From positions 683,825-747,824 of the forward strand of contig JBFWNL010000001.1 in the NCBI GenBank assembly GCA_050251055.1: DNA of 64,000 nucleotides, written 5' to 3'. The DNA comes from Bacteriovoracia bacterium. GTDB lineage: Bacteria; Bdellovibrionota; UBA1018; JBFWNL01. The stretch's first letter is position 1; every line of letters starts with the position of its first letter. Shown one piece after another: positions 57,756 through 64,000 of the stretch. Position numbers and translations under genes: made by a program. The notes under the pieces are model-generated. The model was given only the letters and a program-made list of their open reading frames with translations. It was not told where the DNA came from and made no database searches.

Positions 57756-59288
57756 CTAAAGGTCAGGCTTCAACCGGACTTCGAGCCCGCAATGGCGCAC
57801 CGGAACCATACCGTTCGTCGGCGGCTGGTCGGAGATCGCGAATTCTCCGTTTAACTGCGTAATGTATTGGACTTTGCCAGGTTCCGCCGCTGGCCACCCA
57901 CAACGTTTCAATTCGCGGCCGAGATCGACCACGATGTTCATCGGCTGCTCCCAACCGTATTCGCGACCGGTGAAGACGTACGGACGCAGCTCCCCGCTCC
58001 AAGGCAGGCACGCCTTCCCGGCCGGGCTGGCCGTCGCTTCATACTTCATCACGAATTCTCCGGCGTACTCGTGCGTCCGATGCAAGATGCGGCCGCAGTA
58101 CGCGAGGAGACCAACGATCGCCAAAGCCTGCGCCCCGCGCAGGAGCAGCGGATGGGAAACGCGTGCGCGGACCAGTTCGACCACTCCGTACAGGCCGAGG
58201 AGCACGAAGAACGCGCGCACGAAGACGAGATAAAGGAACATGCGCTGGATGAAATGGTATTTATACAGAATCACCGCCACGGCAGTGGCGGCAAAAACTC
58301 CGATAAAGAACCAAGAAAGCGCGCCCAAGGCGAAGAGCTGGCGTTCCCTAGCGTTCCAGCTCGAACGCCGGCGAAAAAGCACGCACACATACGCCATGCC
58401 CGCCACCAAGAGGAGGTTGAAAGGCATTGCAAACAATCCGTCTTGCCAGAGCAGGCTGCGCACGGAGTGGATTTGATCCCAGTTCAGCGGGCCGGCCGCC
58501 GAACCGGCGCAGAAACCCGCGTGGCGCGAATAAAAGAGGCCGATGGCGGCAAAAATGGCGCCAGAGATTCCGAAGTATCGGAAGGCTTTGCGTCCGCCGG
58601 AGCCATCCATCACGAGTGAAAGCATTCCGAGTACGAAACAGCACACTCCTACCTGCATCCAGCCGGGGTTGGACGTGAAAGTCAGCAGAAAGCTTGCACC
58701 CGCAAACCAGAGCTTATCTCCACGAGTGATCTCGCCCCAGGACTTCCGGCTAAGACGCACCGTCAGCGCAACTACGAGCATGAAGAACCCCATCCACAGG
58801 GAGTAAGGACGGGTCTCGGTCGTGTAAAAGTGAAAGATCATTCGCTGCCCTACCAGCGCGAGCGCGAATAGCCCGTAAGACCAGCCTAGCAAAGTTGCGC
58901 CGACATAGACCACAGAGGCCATTGCCACGAAGCCCGCCGCGAGCGGTTCTATGCGGTAAGTGAGCAGAATCGAGTCGTCGAAGTCGCGGGTGCCATGCGA
59001 GACCGCGCGCTGGATGATGTGATGGAGCGGCGGAACGTTGCACGCGTTGGGGGCGCCACGGACAAAAAATTTGGAATACGGGTACGCGCAGGTATCGTAA
59101 ATTTCGAAACCCTCGTCCTGCCAAAAGGGCTTGTGCTGCGCGATTCGGGCTTCCTGATAGCTGAGTACGGTCAACATGATCAGAGTGAGGACGCAGAAGA
59201 CTGCCGATCGTCGGGACAACCTGAGCTTCGAAATCATAGATATCCGATCTTTACTAGAAAAACTCAGGCGTGGGTACTGGTTGCTCAA
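57756..59288 (-). CDS. GT-C fold membrane glycosyltransferase (GT39/ArnT-like)
   Basis: TM1 followed by PFWQDE, PPL, ETRPYSL; about 11 TMs. The start may be ~59238. Confidence 0.65.
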   Translation of the reverse strand: MSNQYPRLSFSSKDRISMISKLRLSRRSAVFCVLTLIMLTVLSYQEARIAQHKPFWQDEGFEIYDTCAYPYSKFFVRGAPNACNVPPLHHIIQRAVSHGTRDFDDSILLTYRIEPLAAGFVAMASVVYVGATLLGWSYGLFALALVGQRMIFHFYTTETRPYSLWMGFFMLVVALTVRLSRKSWGEITRGDKLWFAGASFLLTFTSNPGWMQVGVCCFVLGMLSLVMDGSGGRKAFRYFGISGAIFAAIGLFYSRHAGFCAGSAAGPLNWDQIHSVRSLLWQDGLFAMPFNLLLVAGMAYVCVLFRRRSSWNARERQLFALGALSWFFIGVFAATAVAVILYKYHFIQRMFLYLVFVRAFFVLLGLYGVVELVRARVSHPLLLRGAQALAIVGLLAYCGRILHRTHEYAGEFVMKYEATASPAGKACLPWSGELRPYVFTGREYGWEQPMNIVVDLGRELKRCGWPAAEPGKVQYITQLNGEFAISDQPPTNGMVPVRHCGLEVRLKPDL

Positions 59289-59470
59289 ATCTGCGTAAAA
59301 TTACCTTAAGCGCGCAACTCAGCGCGGCATGCCGTACCAATCCTTTGAAAACCCTTTCGAAAAACACCTAACAAGCTGCAATCATGGTCTGGTGCACCGC
59401 TTGATTGGGCACCGGCCAGGCTATAGGATGCGAACGACGGTTTCGTGCTAGGTCTATTGGAGAACACCCA

Positions 59471-62400
59471 CTAGCTTAACGGAGTAACCCTAAAATCGAT
59501 TTGCGGTCTAGGGTGCCGATGAAGTGCCCGTAAGAAAGCCGTTGCCTTTTCAATATCGGTAATCAACGCGCAACCGAATTGAACCGCCGTCCGGCGCACC
59601 AGAACGTCCCGGCGGATTTCCGAAGGATCGAAGTTCTTCGGCACATTGATAACCAGATCTACTTGCTTCTTCTGGATGATCTGCCCGGCGTCGATTTCCC
59701 CCGGGCGGCCCTCCCCTGGCCAGGGAACGCTCATCACCTCATAACCTTCACCCTTAAGATGCCGGGCGGTGCCCGGGGTAGCGTAGATTTTGACGTCCAG
59801 TTTCCTGAGAATCTCCATCACCGACAGGAACTTCCGCTTCTCCTCCGCCGTACCCGAGCTCACCAGCACTCCTACTTTGGGCCTCCGGATGCCGGTCGCC
59901 TGCAATGCCAATAAGAGCGCTTCATCCAAATCAGCGCCTACGCAACCCACCTCGCCAGTAGAAGTCATTTCGACGCCCAGAACGGGATCGGCTCCGGCTA
60001 AACGATTGAAGCTGAACATCGCAGCCTTCACCCCAATCCGTTCGGACTTCGTGGGCGGCACGGCTGGGGACCTTCCGATCAGGACATCGGTCGCGTACTG
60101 CGCTAACGGAATTTGCGTCACCTTGGAAACGAACGGAAAGGACCGCGAAGCGCGGGCATTGCATTCAATGACCAAAAGTTCGCCGGCTTTGTGCATGAAC
60201 TGGATATTAAACGGCCCGTTCAGCCGAAGCTGCGCGCAAATACGCTCGCCCGCGTCTAAAATCCGCACACGCGTCGCTGGGTCTATCTTCTGCGGAGGCA
60301 GAACCAGGGTCGCGTCGCCCGAGTGAATACCTGCGTTCTCGATATGTTCACTGACCACGGCGGCGATCATGCGTCCGCTCTGTGCGACGCCATCTAACTC
60401 GAGCTCGATGGCGTCGGTAATGAATTCGGACACCACCACGGGATGCTCGGCGGAAACATCCGCAGCAAGCGAAAGCGCCCGCTCCAACGACGGCCAGTCG
60501 TAGACCACGTTCATCGCGGCGCCGGAAAGCACGAAGCTCGGACGCACGATGACGGGGAAACCGGCCTTATCGATAAATGGCTTGATGTCGTTCAGCTGGG
60601 CCGCCGAGATCCAACGAGGCTGACGAACTTCGGCCTTATCCAGGATATCGGAAAAGATCTGACGGTCCTCCGCCCGGCGAATGGTCTCAGAGTCGTGACC
60701 CAGTATGCGAATCCCCGCAGCCGTCAACGAAGCAGCCAGGCGGTTCGGCAGCTGGCCGCCCATGGAAACCACCACTCCAGTCGGGGTTTCCAGATCAGCG
60801 ACATCCAGCACGCGCTCGAAGCTCACCTCGTCGAAGTAGAGGCGGTCAGAGCTGTTGTGGTCCGTCGAGACGGTTTCCGGGTTACAATTGAGAACCACAC
60901 TGCGCCAGCCCTCCGCGCGAAGTCTCTGTGAGCACTCCACCGCACACCAGTCGAACTCCACGCTGGTGCCGATACGATAGGTACCGCTGCCGAGTACCAA
61001 CGCGGTCTCAGACTTGCCGTCGGACGCCACCAGGTCATTGAATTGTCCCCCGTACGTCAGATAAAGGTAGTTCGACGTCGAAGGATACTCGGCCGCGGTG
61101 GTATCGATTTTCTTCACGACCGGCGCGACACCCAAAGCTTTGCGGCGCCGGCGCAAAATCAAGGATGCCTCCCGGATCTCGGTTTCGGTTGGCATGTCCG
61201 GGCCGGTGCGGAGATAAATCCCGGCTATCTGCTCGTCGCTGAAACCCGCAGATTTCCAGCAGCGCCATTGGTCGGGTGTGACCCCGACGAAATCCAGAGC
61301 GAGGTCACCCGTCACCCGCAATGCTTGGAGATCCCGTTCGATCGCCACGATTTTTTCCAGCGAAGCCAGGAACCATTTGTCGATTCGAGTGAGCTCGAAT
61401 ATCTCTTCGCGCGGATACCCGGCCCTGAAGGCTTGCATCAGCTCCAGCAGACGATTGTCCGTCGCGATCTTCAGGCTCGCGAAAAGCTCTCCGCGCTCCT
61501 TAAATTTCTGCGGCAAACTGAGGCCTTCGGGGCGCTCGGTGACCATGCGAAAGGCTTTCTGCAAGGTCTCCGGAAACGACCGACCGATGGCCATGACTTC
61601 GCCGACGGATTTCATCGCGGAACCGATCGTGCGGTCGGCGCCCCTAAACTTCACTAGGTCCCACCGGGGGATCTTGACGGCAATGTAATCCAGCGCGGGC
61701 TCGTAGAATGCCTTAGTCACGCCCGTGACCGGATTGGTCAACTCGAGTAAGGTATGGCCCAACACGACTTTTGCCGCGATCGCGGCGATGGGATAGCCGG
61801 TCGCCTTGCTCGCGAGCGCGCTCGAACGGGACAGCCGTGCGTTCACTTCGATGACGAAAAATTCCGACGAATCGGGGCTGAGCGCGTATTGAACGTTGCA
61901 CTCACCCAGGATCTCGAGGTGCTCGGCGATACGGAAGGCCGCGTTCCGCAGGCGTTGATACTCCTCATCGTCGAGGGTCTGACTTGGGGCCACGACGATG
62001 GAGTCGCCGGTGTGGATCCCCATCGGGTCGAAGTTCTCCATGTTGCAGATCGCGATCGTGTTACCGGCTGTGTCGCGCATGATCTCGTATTCGATTTCCT
62101 TCCACCCACGCAGCGATTTCTCGATCAAGACCTGGGGCGAGGACGCGAGCGCGCTCTCCACGAGGCGGCGAAGCTGCGTTTCGTCTTCCGCAAACCCGCT
62201 GCCTAACCCACCCAAGGCGAAGGCCGCTCGGCAAATCACCGGAAACCCGATGGCGCGTCCGGCGTCCAGTGCCTGATCGACCTCGGTGACGACCGCGCTG
62301 GGTGGCACCGGGATCTCGATCTCGCGCATGGCTTTCGCGAAGAGATCCCGGTCCTCCGTGATGCGTAGGGACCCGAGATCCGTGCCCAGATTGCGCAAGT

Positions 62401-62752
62401 TATAGCGAGAAAACATCCCTTGTTCTTCCATCTTAATGGCGCAATTAAGGGCCGTCTGGCCGCCAAAACCGGCGACGACAGCGTCCGGTTTCTCGGCCTG
62501 GATCACCTTCTCGACCCATTCCGGTTCAACGGGGTAAAGATAGACTTTGGTATGAGGGCGCTGGTTCGTCTGCACCGTGGCGATATTCGGGTTCACGATC
62601 ACCACGTCGATGCTCTCTTCGTGAAATGACTTCAGTGCTTGCGTGCCGGAGTAATCAAACTCCCCGGCTTGCCCGATGGAAAGCCCGCCGGAGCCTAAGA
62701 GCAGGACCTTAGGCCTTCGTCCGAGCTCAAGGAGCCAAGGATGCGCGGGCAT
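59471..62752 (-). CDS. carB: Carbamoyl-phosphate synthase large subunit
   Basis: GSGGLSIGQAGEFDYSG, NPNIATVQT, GIHTGDS, EVNARLSRSSALASKATGYP, NCNPETVSTD, RASRSFPFVSK, MGS domain. GAGGA RBS before ATG 62752. Confidence 0.97.
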   Translation of the reverse strand: MPAHPWLLELGRRPKVLLLGSGGLSIGQAGEFDYSGTQALKSFHEESIDVVIVNPNIATVQTNQRPHTKVYLYPVEPEWVEKVIQAEKPDAVVAGFGGQTALNCAIKMEEQGMFSRYNLRNLGTDLGSLRITEDRDLFAKAMREIEIPVPPSAVVTEVDQALDAGRAIGFPVICRAAFALGGLGSGFAEDETQLRRLVESALASSPQVLIEKSLRGWKEIEYEIMRDTAGNTIAICNMENFDPMGIHTGDSIVVAPSQTLDDEEYQRLRNAAFRIAEHLEILGECNVQYALSPDSSEFFVIEVNARLSRSSALASKATGYPIAAIAAKVVLGHTLLELTNPVTGVTKAFYEPALDYIAVKIPRWDLVKFRGADRTIGSAMKSVGEVMAIGRSFPETLQKAFRMVTERPEGLSLPQKFKERGELFASLKIATDNRLLELMQAFRAGYPREEIFELTRIDKWFLASLEKIVAIERDLQALRVTGDLALDFVGVTPDQWRCWKSAGFSDEQIAGIYLRTGPDMPTETEIREASLILRRRRKALGVAPVVKKIDTTAAEYPSTSNYLYLTYGGQFNDLVASDGKSETALVLGSGTYRIGTSVEFDWCAVECSQRLRAEGWRSVVLNCNPETVSTDHNSSDRLYFDEVSFERVLDVADLETPTGVVVSMGGQLPNRLAASLTAAGIRILGHDSETIRRAEDRQIFSDILDKAEVRQPRWISAAQLNDIKPFIDKAGFPVIVRPSFVLSGAAMNVVYDWPSLERALSLAADVSAEHPVVVSEFITDAIELELDGVAQSGRMIAAVVSEHIENAGIHSGDATLVLPPQKIDPATRVRILDAGERICAQLRLNGPFNIQFMHKAGELLVIECNARASRSFPFVSKVTQIPLAQYATDVLIGRSPAVPPTKSERIGVKAAMFSFNRLAGADPVLGVEMTSTGEVGCVGADLDEALLLALQATGIRRPKVGVLVSSGTAEEKRKFLSVMEILRKLDVKIYATPGTARHLKGEGYEVMSVPWPGEGRPGEIDAGQIIQKKQVDLVINVPKNFDPSEIRRDVLVRRTAVQFGCALITDIEKATAFLRALHRHPRPQIDFRVTPLS

Positions 62753-63860
62753 GCGTCCTCGCTTCTTCAACAAAATCCCGGACAATCCACTCCGTGTCGC
62801 GAGGGCCGCCGGCCGCCTCCGGATGGAACTGCACCGACCGGAACGGCTTGGTGCGATGCTTAATGCCTTCGATGGTCCCGTCGTTTACGTTCTCAAACCA
62901 GGTTTCCCATTCGGAGGTCGCAGAAGTGTGCTCGATAACAAAGCCATGATTCTGGCTGGTCATGAACCCACGGTCCGTGCCGGTAAGCCGCACGGGCTGG
63001 TTGTGGCTGCGATGCCCATAAGGCATACGAACCGCACGTCCGCCGGACGCGAGCGCCATGATTTGATGGCCTAGGCAAATCCCGAGTACGGGACGTGTCC
63101 CGCTCAGCAAAACCCGAACCCGAGCGACGAGATCGCCCGTTTTCACCGGATCCCCGGGCCCGTTGCTCAGTATCCAAGCATCGCAGTCGACCGTACTGAA
63201 GTCGGTGTCCCACGGTAGCAGCTCGATTTCGCAGTCGGCCTGGCTCAAGAGCTGGCGGACGATGTTCCACTTCACGCCACAGTCTATTACCGCGAGCTTC
63301 AAGTTCCCGCTGCCTAAACGTACGCGATCTTTTCGCGACACGGAAGGGAGCAGATTGGTGCCCGTCGGATTGTAAAAACCGTCGCGGGAATAAAAAGCCG
63401 TCGCTTCGGTAGCGCCTTCCGGCTCGATCCGCGCCAACACGGTCCCTTGGCCGCGGATGATATGAACAAGCTGGCGCGTATCTACGCCCACAATCCCGGG
63501 ACAATTCTGGGACCGGAGCCATTCGTCCAGCGACTCCAAGCTGCGCCAATGAAAGGCGTCCGTGCAGTCGCCATGCACGACGACCGCGGACGCGTGGATG
63601 CGCTCGCTCTCGAATGCCCGTGATCCGGTTAAGCCGGTATTTTCGGGGACCCCGTAGTTACCGATCATCGGATAGGCAAATACGAGTACCTGGCCGTAAT
63701 AAGAAGGGTCGGTGAGGGTTTCCGCATAACCCACCATGCCGGTCGTAAAAACAAGCTCCCCGCTGGAACGCAAAGGCGCACCGATACTCCAGCCCTCAAA
63801 GGAGTCCCCCGTGGCCAAAGTCAGTCGGCAGGGGCTACGTTTTAGCGAATCTCGTTGCAT
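62727..63860 (-). CDS. carA: Carbamoyl-phosphate synthase small subunit
   Basis: GELVFTTGMVGY...TDPSY, SNGPGDP, GICLGHQ (catalytic Cys), SQNHG, VQFHPE. Confidence 0.97.
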   Translation of the reverse strand: MQRDSLKRSPCRLTLATGDSFEGWSIGAPLRSSGELVFTTGMVGYAETLTDPSYYGQVLVFAYPMIGNYGVPENTGLTGSRAFESERIHASAVVVHGDCTDAFHWRSLESLDEWLRSQNCPGIVGVDTRQLVHIIRGQGTVLARIEPEGATEATAFYSRDGFYNPTGTNLLPSVSRKDRVRLGSGNLKLAVIDCGVKWNIVRQLLSQADCEIELLPWDTDFSTVDCDAWILSNGPGDPVKTGDLVARVRVLLSGTRPVLGICLGHQIMALASGGRAVRMPYGHRSHNQPVRLTGTDRGFMTSQNHGFVIEHTSATSEWETWFENVNDGTIEGIKHRTKPFRSVQFHPEAAGGPRDTEWIVRDFVEEARTHARASLAP

Positions 63861-64000
63861 TAAGGTCTCGGAAAAATCTCGAATTTTTTGTGACCCCCAT
63901 AACTATCTTCGGTCGTGGTGGAGCACAAGCGTTATTGATTATGACACTCCGCGTATAATACACGATCGGGCGCGCTTTTTTGTGGTCGTGGCCCGGGAGA

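Noticed and set aside
59386-59418. Possible hairpin/terminator after carB
   Set aside because: Short imperfect stem with no U-tract.
62727-62785. Frameshifted carA-carB fusion or pseudogene
   Set aside because: Both frames are complete and carB has its own GAGGA RBS and ATG.
63935-63959. TTGATT...TATAAT promoter on the + strand
   Set aside because: Spacer is only 13 nt and the downstream gene lies outside the window.
1-64000. rRNA, tRNA, IS, integrase, prophage or defence genes
   Set aside because: None recognised; intergenic gaps are short and nearly all sequence is explained by CDSs. A covariance-model search would be needed to exclude small ncRNAs.

Overview
GC-rich bacterial DNA, almost fully coding. 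The gene content (orphan CpaF ATPase, secreted pentapeptide and cupredoxin proteins) suggests a Bdellovibrionota/delta-proteobacterial genome, but this is inference only. Positions 1-7.3 kb hold housekeeping and accessory genes: a partial ETHE1-like persulfide dioxygenase missing from the ORF track, a cold-shock protein, a lipoprotein, sthA, CpaF/TadA, a cupredoxin and a pentapeptide-repeat protein. Positions 7.3-59.3 kb are one ~52-kb surface-glycan (LPS/EPS/glycoprotein) locus of ~47 genes with 14 strand switches. It carries many glycosyltransferases, Wzx, Wzz, an ABC exporter and seven polytopic GT-C/Wzy-like membrane proteins. It also carries galE, two gmd paralogs, rmlABC without a clear rmlD, an FdtA-like cupin, a TcaB9-like C-methyltransferase, two DegT aminotransferases, a NeuB fused to a TIM-barrel domain with a cytidylyltransferase, lhgO and several methyltransferases. 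The most unusual element is a PAPS/sulfation module: cysC coupled to a 738-aa gene fusing a divergent pyruvate-kinase barrel to a full ATP sulfurylase, plus a sulfotransferase 11 kb away. The window ends with eukaryote/Bacteroidetes-type carA-carB. No rRNA, tRNA, CRISPR or mobile element was recognised.
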